A stretch of 64,000 nucleotides of DNA, taken from assembly GCA_951406725.2 (NCBI GenBank), contig OX597831.1, forward strand, positions 62,744,001 through 62,808,000. Direction: 5' to 3'. The stretch comes from Octopus vulgaris. Taxonomy: Eukaryota. Positions within the stretch are counted from its first letter, which is position 1. Each line of letters begins with the position of its first letter. Position numbers and translations under genes: made by a program. Below, piece by piece: positions 27,610 through 41,191 of this stretch. The notes under the pieces were generated by a model that made no database searches, was not told the DNA's origin, and saw only the letters and a program-made list of their open reading frames with translations.

Positions 27610-28900
27610 CGAGGGACGTTCAATAAGTAATACTCCTGACCCTCTTGAAGTTGTTTGATCTAGCTGAAATTTTGAATGTAGAATTATTTATATCTCTATA
27701 GATTAAATGGCAAATAACACCTCTGAAATAATTTTGGTTTTTGATTTACAGGTGTTTGAACTGAGTCAAGTGTGAAATGGAGCCTGTTGAGTGTCGAGCA
27801 GTGATCCGGTTTTTGTACTTGAAAGGACGCACACCACAGGAGACTTTTGATGAAATGAAAGTAACTTATGGTGATGATGCCCCATCATATGACCTTGTAA
27901 AACGCTGGCATCGTGAATTCAAACATGGTCGAAACTCTGTGGAAACAGCTCCCAGATCTGGTCTTCCCATTCGGCCATTGATGAGGCATCTGTCCGTCAA
28001 GTTGAGGCTGCCATTTTGGAAGATCGACGCATAACTATTTGCCAAATAGCCCATGAGGTCACGATTAGTACCAGATCCGTGGAAACTATCATTCATGACC
28101 ATTTGCATATGCAAAAGGTGTCTGCCAGATGGATTCCCAGGTTGCTCACACCTTTCCAGAAGCAAGAACGCGTCGAGTGCTCGAGGATGAATTTGGAGAT
28201 GTGCCAAGAAGATGAGTCAAACTTTTTCAAAAGACTGATTACACAGGATGAAACCTGGGTCTATCGCTATGATCCAGAGACCAAAGCACAGTCAATGCAG
28301 GGGAAGCACCGTGACTCACCTCCTCCAAAGAAGGCAAGGGTGCAGCCCTCCGCTAGCAAGGTCATGCTCACAGTCTTCTGGGACCAGGACGGAGTAGTGA
28401 TGACAGATTTCCTGGCAAAGGGTACCACAATTACAGGAGCCTATTATGCTTCACTTTTGAGGAAATTAAGAGAAGCTATCAAAATCAAGAGACGGGGCAA
28501 GATCAACAAAGGCATCCTCTTCCTGCAGGACAACGCTCCGGTCCACAACTCGCGTGTCGCCAGATCAGAAGCACAGGCGTGCGGCTATGAACTCCTCCCC
28601 CATCCCCCTACTCTCCTGACCTTGCACCCTCTGATTTTCACCTCTTCCCAGCCATGAAGTTGTTTTTGAAAGCAAAGCGTTTCCCAGATGATGCAGCCTT
28701 GGTTTCTGAAGTCACGTCGTGGTTGGAGGACTAAGCTGGGGTCTTCTACAAAAACGGTCTCCATAGCTGCATCAAACAATGAGAGAAATGCGTAACTCTG
28801 GGTGGTTGCTATGTAAAAAAAGACTAGTAACTGTGACAAGTTTCGTTACTCTACTGCTATGGGAAGTGGATCAGGGGCATTACTTATTGAACACCCCTCG
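27610..28900 (+). mobile_element. Full-length-size mariner transposon (1291 bp) with TIRs and TA TSD
   Basis: TA|cgagggacgttcaataagtaatactcctga … tcaggggcattacttattgaacacccctcg|TA. Confidence 0.95.
27777..28827 (+). pseudogene. DD34D mariner transposase, disrupted
   Basis: WIPRLL, ITQDETW, FLQDNAPVH. Restoring a 1-nt deletion near 28608 gives PYSPDLAPSDF with D-34-D spacing. Another frameshift near 27975 and in-frame stops near the 3' end. Confidence 0.93.
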
Positions 28901-29159
28901 TAAAACATATGCATACACGCAATGAGTCGAAACAGGGGCATCTGAAGAAGGGGAATTGTTCCCTCTGTTGTTTGTCTTGTACTCTGTTTTTTTCCTTGTT
29001 AAAAAAAGTCCGTTTCCTTGTTTTGTTTCTATGTTTTCGTTTCTCGTTGTGTTCTACGTTTATTTGTGGTGTCCTGTACTCATATATGCATGTATATATA
29101 CATATAGATGTAGGTATGTACATACATGTATGTATGCATAAGTTTTATTTATTAAATTG

Positions 29160-29204
<45 letters not shown>

Positions 29205-30565
29205 ATATTATTTTTGTTTAATCAATCTCTTGCTACAGCGAGTTTCACCTGAAGACCACGTACCTCCACAGTCGAAAGTCGAAGTATCAACAGACTAACT
29301 CTACCAAAACGAAATATCATTAATCGCTTCTATGGTATTCAGGTAGCAAATATTTACACATACAAACACACTCACACTTACATTTATATATATATACATT
29401 GATACAGTATTGCGGTTTAGTTGCGTATTTTGTGCAGAACAAAGCAATGCAAAGACGTGAAGTCAGTCAGACAGAAGATGAATATTGACTGAATAGTATA
29501 TAAAATGACATTCTAAGTTTTCTCCTCTATATACAGTTTTTTTTTGTTTTTTTTTTGCATATGTATAGCTCAATAAAAATATTCAGCTTTTTTAGCTGAG
29601 GCAGTGTTTGTTATGAGAAAGAAAATTCATTGGCACGAGATATTTTTTCTGGATTCTGAAAGACTTACTAGATTTATGATATAATAGATGTAGCACTGTA
29701 TTGTCCTAATCAGATAATTCCACTATGAATATTATTGTGATAGACTTGACTGCCTTAAATATGAAAATTTGTGTGAAGAATATTTAGATGAGGTTAGTTT
29801 GTGATTATAACTAAAGATGTATTCGATTGCATGTTTAACGCCGAAACTCCTGAGTTTACGCACATTAATATTCAAATACTCTATTGCAGAAGGAGAAGTT
29901 AGTATGTATGGTTAGCTATCTTTCTATGAATATCAGAAGCATCTGTCTCTAAACCAAGCAAATGCAAAATTTGATAAGCTTGCTGTAGGATGAAAGAAGG
30001 TGAGAAAATTGAGGACGGACCAATTAATTATTTGCACAGATGATTTCGTTAACAAACAAAAATATTAGCAGTGACCCTCGGACGCAAGATATGGTTAGCA
30101 ATAAAACCCGAAAAGAAATCCGAACCGCGAACGTTTCCTTGTCGATGGGATGATAGTGTTCTGTAGATTTACTCTCTACAGAGTCTGCCTATGTGTTATA
30201 AATGTGTTTACACAAACGGATGGATTCTGTGGAAGAAGTAAAATTGAATTTGCTATTTCAGACAATGGAGAGAGTTATATTAAGGGAGAGTTTTCAATAT
30301 TTGAATGAAATTTGTTAAAGCATCTCTTGAACAAACTGGACAGAATTCTAAGCTCGAGAGACTTTCGAATAAATCTGTCTTCATTTGATTCATATGTAAA
30401 GCACATATCGCAAATAATACGGGTTACAAAAAACTAGGTGAAAGGAATATATTTACATTACATTAACAAGTTACATTACAGACATGATGCATTTCCTACT
30501 AAAGATTTTTTGGATATATTGTTGGTTGTTTGATTTTATTTTTTCTCTTCACACACACTCACTCA

Positions 30566-30607
<42 letters not shown>

Positions 30608-30906
30608 CACAAGCACATACAAACACACGCATGCACGCAGTCATACGCATATATATATATGTGTGTGCTTGTGTGTGTAGTGTATACATACACACGTGAG
30701 AGGACAGTCGAAAGAAGGACGCTACATACTGACGAGCTAAGTTTCTGAGACGAGCCTATGGAGACGAATCAAGCCCATGGAGAAGAAATATAACAGCATA
30801 AATAATACATGTATATTAATATATATATATGTATGTATGTGTGTGTGTGTGCGTGTGTATAAGTGTATATATATATTTACATACATACATATACATATAC
30901 ATATAT

Positions 30907-30994
<88 letters not shown>

Positions 30995-31009
30995 CATATG
31001 TGCGTGTAT

Positions 31010-31350
31010 ATATGAACGAGTGGGGACCCAAGAGAAACCGGAATTTTACGATAATAATTAAATTTCTTGAATTAGTTTTACATGTTTACACTTTTATCGC
31101 CTTCAAAATATTCTCTATTTGAAGCAATGCACCAGTCAGACGCATTTTCCACAGTGTTTTTTTTTTCTTCATCTTTTACAAATCTACAAATTCCGAAGTA
31201 CTAGTTTTCTTCACCAGTGATGACCTTTGAAAAGAGGTCCGGATTAATTTCAAGCTTCAGGATACACCAGTTATATCAACACATTGGTCAGTTGTTCGGT
31301 GATTGTCCTCCAATATCCATTCATGAATTTTCGCAATGTTCTCCTTCGTT
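31010..31350 (-). mobile_element. Internally deleted mariner-like remnant
   Basis: Terminal-like cgagtggggaccc…ccggaatt and minus-strand fragments of the transposase C-terminus and HTH linker (ENIAKIHEWILED). Confidence 0.45.
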
Positions 31351-31351
31351 C

Positions 31352-31620
31352 AGAGTGGATTTCGTAGACGGAAACTGAAAGAAACCCGACAATTATACAT
31401 ACACTATGTGTGTGTTTGTGTGTGTGTGTGTCTGTGTGTGCTTATATTCTTTCTGTCTTTGTATATACTCTTCTATTGTTTGACAATGGGTGTTGATGTA
31501 TTTACCTCCTCGTAACAAAGTAGTTCGGCAAAAGACACCGACAGATTAAGTACTAGGCTTAAAACGTATAAGTACTGGAGTCGATTCGCTCGACTAAAAT
31601 TTTTGAGCCGCTGCTCTTTG
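31352..31620 (+). mobile_element. SINE family B, 5'-truncated
   Basis: gagtggatttcgtagacggaaactgaaagaa matches 7247-7280. Confidence 0.75.
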
Positions 31621-33350
31621 CTGGGACACCCGATTGAAAGTTAAAAGATACATATCACGGATAATTCTTACTTCTGAAATACATTTACAATATACATTGA
31701 ACCTGTTTGACATTATAGAAGTAAAGATACGTATAGTGAAGTAATTCAGTCATTAAATTTAAATATTCCATTTTTGTCTTTCATTAGATTTATCGATTAA
31801 ATTTTTGATTAATTGTTACATCAAAGATGAATTTGTAGATGAATCGTTAAACTTTCTAGCAATATCTTAAGAACATTTTAATTGTTTAGTATATTTCATT
31901 AATTTATTTCTTTGATTTCGGGAATGATATTCTCCCGGTTGTAAGAAGAGCTAGAATCAATAAAAGACATATTTATCGTATTAATCATTGGATTGCGCCA
32001 TATTATGCGGTTGGTATCAGCTTTTGTAACAAATTAGTGCAAAATGCGCCAGTGTTATTGAATCTAATAACAGTGACAGCGCAGCATAAAACTAATGATA
32101 CAGGAAAATGTTGGCCGTTTAGATCACTACGTTGCATGCTTTTATTGAGATATGATAATGAAATCTAAAAACAAAAATGCATAATAGCAAAGAATGGCGC
32201 ATTTATACGTAGTATATTTGTGGTTTGCGGGAGCTAGTTCAATGAAGTAGTGTCCTGTTGATGTCGTTTGTTTCAACGACGTTAAATTCCTATAAGGAAC
32301 CATAAACTGCGACAAATATGATTCCCCTCTCCTGCTTGAAATAAGAGCCAAACTGAACCAGTTATCCAATCAGAACCTGGCACATTACTTCGGCGAACTC
32401 TATCCATATCCAGGTTTCAATTCTCAGCTTGACTGAATACGCGACAGTTTATTTATGTTCATTATAACTGCCTATGCCAATAGGCAGTAATAGCCCAATT
32501 CCCATGTACCTTCCTATGTACACTAGTTTTCTATAAGTGCCGAATCCGGTATAACAGGTTAGTAGAGAAGTAATAATATTAAAAGTATTTGAATCATATG
32601 AACCAACTGTTGTTGAATTCCTGACCAAATGGCATTATTAATCTTTGCTTATGTAGAAATCGATCAGTAATGGCCCGACAGAAATCATTAATGGATATAT
32701 AAACTTAGACTATTCATAAGTAAATACACATCTGGTGATAGTATCTCTTTTATTTGCTATTAAAGTACTCACAGAACATTCTTTTCCGGCAGTTTTAAAG
32801 ATTATTAAATGTTCCACTAATCGCTCTGCTGAATACAACATGGCGCAAAGTAAAAATATCAGATGCTAGCTCTCAATGCAGTAATCACTTACTGAATACT
32901 AAGAATCAAAATTACGGAAAGAATAAAGAAAATAAAACATATTGCGAAAATAGATATTACAATTCAAAGGCAATCGCACACACTGAAAGAAGTATTAGAA
33001 ATTGTCAGTGAACTGAAGAGACGCATGTGTGTGTGTGTGTGTCTGTGTGTGTGTAAGTGTATGGATGTATGCATGTATCGAAAGTATAATTATTTGCTGA
33101 AAAACATAACAAAAACCAGATATATTTATCTAGGCAAATATTTAACTATTTGTTTTAAATCATTATTATTGGCTATGTTCTATGCTTATATATAGATTTC
33201 ATTTAAAGTAGTGTTTACTTGCATTTGCTGTCGCTTTGACTTGATCGCTCCAATCCCGTTAGGTATCTAACAAATGCATTAAGTGAATAGAATCTATGCA
33301 AAAGCTATAGAAGAGTACACTTAGCATGTGTATATATATATATAACTATT

Positions 33351-33461
<111 letters not shown>

Positions 33462-34607
33462 ATGTATATATATATACAAATAAATTTATATACACATGAA
33501 TAAATCTTTGCACATGTATGTATGTATGTATTTATATACTTTTATCACCGATAGCTTTCCACGAAAATTAAACGTTTTAGTAGAATTTTCGTATTAAACA
33601 ATGAACGCTGAATCACTTCGACGTTTATGCAAATATTTCACAGGATATAATTCAACTTGTTTTCTTTGGCTGCCTGAATGAAAAGAAAAATAGAGTGATA
33701 CTGAATAATGTTTTGTGAATTTGTCACACCATTAGTGCAAATACACACACTCGATGTGGAGCATCCACTTTGCACCTCAGCTTTGAACTTGAAATCACTT
33801 CTACTTCATTTACACTATTGATAATCACGAAAAATCTATAGGCAATCGTCAGCACAATCAAGTAGTTATTTCACTGAAGAGTGTCACTATTGGGACTTAA
33901 ATAAATTCCAGAAATAAGTTAGGTATACTTACCAAATGTATTTCCAGTTAACGTAATGAGGTTTTTGTAATAAAGTTAATAGAACACTATCGAAAATTTC
34001 TGGAGTCAAGAGAAGCAAAAGTGAAATACTGGTTTACTTCATTACGTGAACTCCATAACTGAAAACAGTTCTTACATCTGTGGTGGCTTTATTCCTATAG
34101 ATACCCTCAACCTAGACTATATGCAAAATCAATATATACCATCCGGCTTGTATGAAAACGAATACCACTTGATCCGTAGCGGGATCTCTCCAGTCTAGAG
34201 AAATTTCATAAACACTAGACTTCCATCGCAATCACTAAATGTATTGAAAACCGATTGTATATGAAAGTATTAGTTAGCAGAATTCAAACTTCGTACTTCT
34301 GACATTCCTGAATAAAACTAAGTGGCAGTTAAAAGTATCATAGTAGCTATTAAACATTCAGTACAAATCCCTGCGGGTTGACTTCAATGATAATAATGTC
34401 GATAAAGTGTGTATTAGTCATTCAATCAAAAGGATTCAGGCGAATGATTGGCACCCAAAATATAAGATTAGAAGCTATCATATTAGTAATAATTTAAAAT
34501 TAGAATATTCGAATGCACAATTTCCGATTAATTATTTAAAACTATTTACTTTACGCCTTCTAAGATATATGTCCAAAACTCTGAGTACATTGCATTTAAT
34601 GCCTCTG

Positions 34608-34888
34608 GGATGGCCTAGTGGTTAGAGCAGCGGATTCGCGATCGAGGGATTGCGGGTTCGAATCTCAGACCGGACGATGTGTGTGTTTATGAGCGAAACA
34701 CCTAAGCTCCACGCGGCTCCGGCAGAAGGTAATGGCGAAACTTCTGCTGATTCTTTCGCCACAACTTTCTCTCACTCTTGCAGCTCACCTGCGATGGACC
34801 GGCGTCCCGTCCAGGTGGGGAACCTATACGCCAAAAAACCGGGAGACCGGCCGTTATGAGCTAGGCATGGCTCTAGAAGGAACAAACA
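34608..34888 (+). mobile_element. SINE family C
   Basis: Near-identical to 11812-12122; canonical B box ggttcgaatc. Confidence 0.85.
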
Positions 34889-36020
34889 CTTTCATCTGAG
34901 TAATAGGTAATTTCTATGTTGGGAAGTAAGTTTGACTAACTGGCCTAGTTAGTCATCATCCACCATAAGCTTGTGACAACGTTCATAAATACAAAGAAAA
35001 AGAATCATTATTTATAAATATATTTTGGAACGTAACAATAGTAAAACCGCTATTTCTCTCATTAGGTCATTCATGTTCTTATACTGTGATTCTTTTCGAC
35101 ACGTTTTACTATCGTAATATCATAAATATCTTCTCCTTTGTAAATATAATAAAGTGTATTTTACTGAAATTGCTTTATCGTGTTACAAATTACTATATAT
35201 TTTCTTTTGCCTTCACACGGATTACATTTTACGTTTGAAATGGATTTCTTTGATTTCCTATTTTATATATATTGATTTCCATGTGATATTTTATATTCTT
35301 TGTTTTCAGTTTAATACTTGCAATTGATTCCTGTTTATTTTGATTCATACTTATCTTTATTGAAGCACTGCTACGCATTTGCTGTAGTTCAATGATTGGC
35401 AGAATTACTAGTTTCGTATTAATTCCAAACGTTACTGCTTCTGTTGCTGGTTATATAACATATGATTGATAATAGTAATGTGACTCTGCTACACTGGAAA
35501 CATTTCCGTGAATGCTTGATTTATATGTCTTATTGTTATCGAAACCAGCCACGGACAGGAAATCTTATAAACGTGGAACCAGTATACAACTGCAGATACT
35601 TTTATCTTTTATTCTGAGATTCCATTTAAAATAGCATCCTTTTCAATATTTTAGTCTTTTTCTTCGATTTAAAGGGCATTTCGAATCTCATCAATCCCCG
35701 TATGTTATCTGCAAAGAGAAAATGTACAACTAGAATAGTGCCATACTTCTAGTTTTCAGTGTATTGTTATTCATGCAACAGAACGTATATGACAAAGAAT
35801 TATCTTTAAACAGAATACAGTGACACAATACTTACCCATATGTTACACCGTTATTCTGCAACATTGCTTTATTCTAATTGCTTCTATTGCTGATGAGTAG
35901 GTGTATAACTGAGAAATATTTATAATAAAATTCCAAATTTGAATATATATATATATATATATATTAGAAATACTGAATTTCTAAATGTCTCAGAGATACA
36001 TGAGCGATGATGCAGCGATA

Positions 36021-36215
36021 TAGTAGTTGCATACTGTTCACTCAACGTGACAGTCCCGTAAGGGAATTACACCACCGCCATTTGCAACCTCTCTGCAAAT
36101 ATAAGGACACAGAAAATGTGTCAAAGCCGACAGAAAACGTCGATGTTTCCTAGGGTTAAATGGCGGTGGTGTAATTCCCTTACGGGACTGTCACGTTGAG
36201 CTGACAGTATACAAC

Positions 36216-36220
<5 letters not shown>
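36021..36220. repeat. Foldback element with ~63 bp arms (43 bp perfect core)
   Basis: 36041-36083 is the exact reverse complement of 36158-36200. Confidence 0.9.
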
Positions 36221-36263
<43 letters not shown>

Positions 36264-36300
36264 GAATGGAGTTGAACGACGAATTAATAAAATTCCTTTA

Positions 36301-36383
36301 TTTTCGACATATGTTTCGAAGGCTGCATATTCCTAATTGCGAAGCAATAAGGAGTATATTATGCTGCTTTCCCATCAGGAAAA
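36301..36383 (-). ncRNA. Mirror hammerhead (core CTGATGG, A9 mutated)
   Basis: Reverse complement of 36540-36622 with A9>G. Confidence 0.6.
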
Positions 36384-36539
36384 GCAAGGAACTTATGTCA
36401 AATTCAAGATGCACAAAAAACTTTTAGATGACTGCTCACACAGATCCCATAGTGAAAAAGTCTCATTTTCACTATGGGCTCCGTGTGAGCAGTCATCTAA
36501 AAGTTTTTGTGCATCTTGATGTTGACATAAGTTCCTTGC

Positions 36540-36622
36540 TTTTCCTGATGAGAAAGCGGCATAATATACTGCTTATTGCTTCGCAATTAGGAATATGCAG
36601 CCTTCGAAACATATGTCGAAAA
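36540..36622 (+). ncRNA. Type I hammerhead ribozyme with intact core
   Basis: Stem I TTTTC/GAAAA, CTGATGA 36545-36551, stem II GAAAGCGGCATA/TATGCAGCCTTC (10/12), GAAA 36606-36609, stem III ACATATGT, GUC site at 36617. Confidence 0.8.
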
Positions 36623-36807
36623 TAAAGGAATTTTGTTAATTCGTCGTTCAACTCCATTCTTGCATATATTTATATTTAAAAAAAAAACATGCAAATTTCC
36701 ACACGAAAGCACGTAACTTCAAACGTGTCTTCTCTGATGTGAATTTGTTACCCAGGTATCGGTTAACCGAATAATCCATAACAAGATAATTCATTCAACT
36801 ACTCAAG

Positions 36808-36888
<81 letters not shown>

Positions 36889-37283
36889 TCTTAATTGTTT
36901 CTGTCATTAGACTGCAGACGTGCTGGGGAACCGCCTTGAATTTTATCTGAATGAATCGACCTCAGTACTTTCTTAATAGCCTGTCACTTATTCTATCGGC
37001 CGGTAAGTTACTGGGACGTAAACACACAAAACACCAGATATCAAGCAGTGCTGGCGGAAATAGCACAGAAGTAAGACTAAGTCATTACAATTTAAGAGGG
37101 ATTTTAATAAGAATGATTTTGAAAAATCATATAAAGAAAATATTACTGGTTTCGATGAAACTCATCTTATCAAATATCAGTAAAACTTGATATAAATTTG
37201 AAGTAAAAGCAATTTATCTTCTGTCAGTTGGACAGAAACATGTTTTTATATAATATATGTGTGTGTGTGTAACACTCGAACGA

Positions 37284-37334
37284 TCTTAACTGATGAGGCA
37301 ACAGAAACTGCCGAATCTGACGTCAATATTAAGA
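37284..37334 (+). ncRNA. Compact hammerhead motif (GAAA mutated to GAAT)
   Basis: Stem I TCTTAA/TTAAGA, CTGATGA 37290-37296, stem II GGCA/TGCC, palindromic TGACGTCA in stem III, UA site. Confidence 0.6.
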
Positions 37335-37529
37335 ATTCTCGATCCGCACTTTTCGGATGATTATGATCACTGTTAACGTACGTTTTCATTCAGGTGTGTT
37401 AACTACAGCATTAAGGCGGTTTAACCCTTATTTCTAGCAATGTATGTGTTTTCTAACATCCTAGTCTCTTTTAGTGACAATTACAATTCTCCTTATTGGT
37501 GAAAGAATGCAAACTACTGTTTATATTAA

Positions 37530-37625
<96 letters not shown>

Positions 37626-37628
37626 TTT

Positions 37629-37794
37629 AACGATGGCCTTCTTTCAGTTTCCATCTACCAAATTCACTCACAAGACTTTGTTTGACTCGAGGATAAAATT
37701 AAGGCCATTTACCCAAGGTGCAACGTCGTGGGACTCAACCCAGAAGCATGTGGTTGCGAATCAAGCTTCTTACCACACTGCCAAGTCTGCGCCT
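37629..37794 (-). mobile_element. SINE family B 5' half
   Basis: Diverged reverse complement of 7123-7285. Confidence 0.75.
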
Positions 37795-37872
37795 ATAGAT
37801 AGATATATAAACAGACATATGTGTGTGTAAATGTATGTATATATATATATATATATATAAATATATATATAA

Positions 37873-37916
<44 letters not shown>

Positions 37917-37959
37917 GTGCAGACACACACACATGCACTCACACATACACACACATACA

Positions 37960-38030
<71 letters not shown>

Positions 38031-38481
38031 TCAGAGGCCGCCTGTCAGCGCTTTTAATAATGAAATTTGAATTTCTATCATAGATGTCAGTAAATTTAGT
38101 AAGGATGAAAGCAGAAAATTTCAAATGTCACAGTCATAGGTCCCTTGAGTGAGAAGTAACGTAAGTTATGAATGACTGAAACAATGTAGAAATTATGGGA
38201 TAATATGCAATGACAAAATACTGAAAAGTCGTTCATGATAGATGTCGCCTGATAATTTATATAACATATTGTTTGATCTGGAGTAACAATGTCTACTATC
38301 TAATCACCCTGAATATTATTTCAATCTTAAAATAATGTAAGTTAAAGCATTGCTAAAAATCTAGTTACGTCTTTGAAATTTTCAAATTGAATTGTTAATC
38401 ATTCATATCGAATTAGTAATAATAAAAAGATTATCATTGTCCTTGCCACTATTATTGTCATTATTATTATTATTATTATTA

Positions 38482-39208
38482 TTGAGTGAGAGAGCAGTTC
38501 ATGCCATCAAAGTGACACTGGGGTAAAATAAACGAAGCCCAATATACCCATCATGACTACCCGTCTGATAAAGGTACACCAGGCACATGCATCACAACCA
38601 TATGTGCGCGACATGGTGATCTCATATCAAGATAAACAGCACATGACCTTGCAGGTGGGGCCCAGTTAGAATTTTCTTCAGGTTGAGTAGCCCATCCCGC
38701 TCAAACGGTCCCTGAATAAGGGTTGTTTAAGGATGTTGAAAGAACCACCCATGTTTCCAGAGGTGAACTATTCAAACCCCAAAGAATCCCTCTCAACACA
38801 TGGCTATGATGCTCCCCCACTACTTCTGCTCGTGATCAGAGATGCACATATCGTCAGCCACTAAGGGACATGCTCAACTGGTTAAGGTCTGTATGGAAAG
38901 TGTCCTGCGTAGGATGTGTGCAGTGCATAGTAGTGCAATCTTCTGTATGTTATATGTGTATGTAAGTCCTGGTGTTTTGTTATGTATTTGTCTGAATATT
39001 TTTTTATCATGCCTAATGCACCTACTATGATAGGAATTGTTTCTGTTTTTAGATGCCACGTTCTGGTTACCTCTATTTCCAGGTCTTTGTATTTTGAAAG
39101 TTTCTCCATTTCTTTTAGAGACACGTTGTCATCTGCTGGTATTAGAAAGCATTTTTTTCTTCATGATCTCTGACAACTATATCTTGTCTATTAGCCTTAA
39201 TTTCTCTT
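38482..39208 (-). mobile_element. R4/Dong-clade non-LTR retrotransposon 3' fragment in (TAA)n
   Basis: ORF 38882-39124 (SLKEMEKLSKYKDLEIEVTR.W.LKTETIPIIVGALG) is nearly identical to ORF 54592. (TTA)n lies at both ends. Confidence 0.85.
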
Positions 39209-39227
39209 TATTATTATTATTATTACT

Positions 39228-40495
39228 ATATGTTTGACTTTTGCTTGGTATTTGTACAAGTTGGCTCAAAGTCTCACCCATAGGCCTCCAGAGACCCCAA
39301 GTTAGAAGTTCAAGTTGGTGTTATGATCTATGATCTCATACTAACAGACAAGAAGTTTCACAGAGTAGATGCTATTTTATACATTCCCAGACAATTCTTA
39401 ATCCAGCTATGTGGTAGACTATCAAAAGTTATTTATAATCTATCCAGGCTATCGATAAGGTTTTGCGTTGTTTGTGACAATCTTCCAAGATCATCATATT
39501 CATGAGCAGCTGGTCTTTACAAAGGAACCAAGTTTACATTTTTCTTGTTCATTAGGGAATATGTCACTTTCTATTAAAAAACTATAGGTATATTCAGTCA
39601 AGACAGATGTTAGCATTTTATTGTTAAGTAATGGGTCTATAATTTTGGTTCATTTGTTTCTTTGTTTTTGGAAGTAGGAATGTAACACCATTAACAAGCC
39701 AAGAGGGAATCATACACGGTTGCTGCAAAATATTGTTGTAAAGTTTTGCTATCACTTCATGTCTCTCTGGAAATGCATTCAACCACAAGTTAGGAATTTT
39801 ATTCTTTCCTGGAGACTTCTATTTGCTTGACTTCCTGAGAGCAATCTTACATCCTCTATCTTGATACCCTCCCACTTTTGTGTGTCTTGTCTTCTGTCCT
39901 TCTTTTGATGGAATATCTGTTCCATCACTAGTTACTGTAACTAGTGTTTTCATTATCTTCCTGTAAAAATTTCTTGGGTTATTTTTGAATATGTTGTTGT
40001 CCTTGGAGAACCTAACCCGATTTTCACACCGTGCTATGCGGGCAGCTCTAACACATACCTTTTGCTTGATGGTTTCTATGGTGGTATCGATGGCAAGATT
40101 TTCATATACTTTTTCTTTAATTTTAGGTTTTTTTTGGGGGGTGGGGGTTATACTCTTGTCAAAATGAAGGTTTTTTAGATATTCAATGTCAGATATAAGT
40201 AGCTGAATTTAGTTTTGAATACGCTCTTGTCAATAGGCTTCTTTGTGGGAATGCTATCGTTTTCTAATGTTTCACTATATAGAATTGTTGAGATCTTCGC
40301 GGATGTATAGTACAGGTGGTTGAAGTCTGTAATATCAACGTCGTTAGCCGAACTTATATCCTTAAGTGCAAGGCGGATTTTACTAATTACTTTCAGGTTT
40401 TGGTTAGAATTGTGAATTGGGAGAACATCACATTCATTCATACTGGTTTCTTTAATTTTCAGCCATTCAATCATGATTTAATTTTTTAGATCATC
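39228..40495 (-). mobile_element. Degraded R4/Dong-like element (RT-upstream region)
   Basis: Minus strand KSPGKNKIPNLWLNAF and DFNHLYYTSAK motifs, typical of R4-clade ORFs. Adjacent to (TTA)n. Confidence 0.55.
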
Positions 40496-41153
40496 TAGTT
40501 CAATGTTTTGCAGCATTGCGTCCTTTTCTACGCTCTGAGTTAAAATTTGCCGAGGTTCACTTTGCTATTCAGTCTTTCGGGGTTGAGTGAATAATACGAG
40601 ATGAGCAATAGGGTCGATGTACTCGACTTACACCCTCTCGCACAGATACTATTCTTGTGCCAAAACTGGAAACCGTTAACTGTCAGAATCGGTGACACGA
40701 CGAGCAAAATGCTAGTGGCATTTGGTCTCTGCTTTTTCTTGAAACTTAATTTGTTATGTACAATAAATAAGATAACCAGACAACAGTAAAAAAATATTGT
40801 AACGTACTAACAGTTTTCTTTACGAACCAACAGTTAATATTCCTTGTGAACTGACCAAACGACACTTACCGACTTCACTGCGAACTAACACGAACTTCAT
40901 TCAACTCCGAACTCTAAACTTTGAATTCACTCGGATCGTTGCAACTTATACTCGGACAAGTCTATCTCTCTCATTACAACACCTTTCATTCTTTTGGGGT
41001 TGATAAAAGAAGTACCAGTTGAATACTAGGTTCGATGTAATCGAATTAGATCTTCACCTGAAATTGCTGGCCTTGTGCTAAAATTCGAAATCATTATTAT
41101 TGTTCTTCTTCTTATTGTGTATCATCAATAATAACAACAACAACAACAACAAC

Positions 41154-41191
<38 letters not shown>

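Larger units (their letters stand above)
36256..36667. mobile_element. ~410 bp near-perfect palindrome of head-to-head PLE terminal segments
   Basis: ~200 bp arms with about 10 differences and a 7 nt loop (36459-36465). Each arm has an HHR motif, AATAAA and a tail running out to TA-rich sequence. Confidence 0.85.

Noticed and set aside
30727-30775. CTGACGA followed by GAAT
   Set aside because: No consistent stems I or III.
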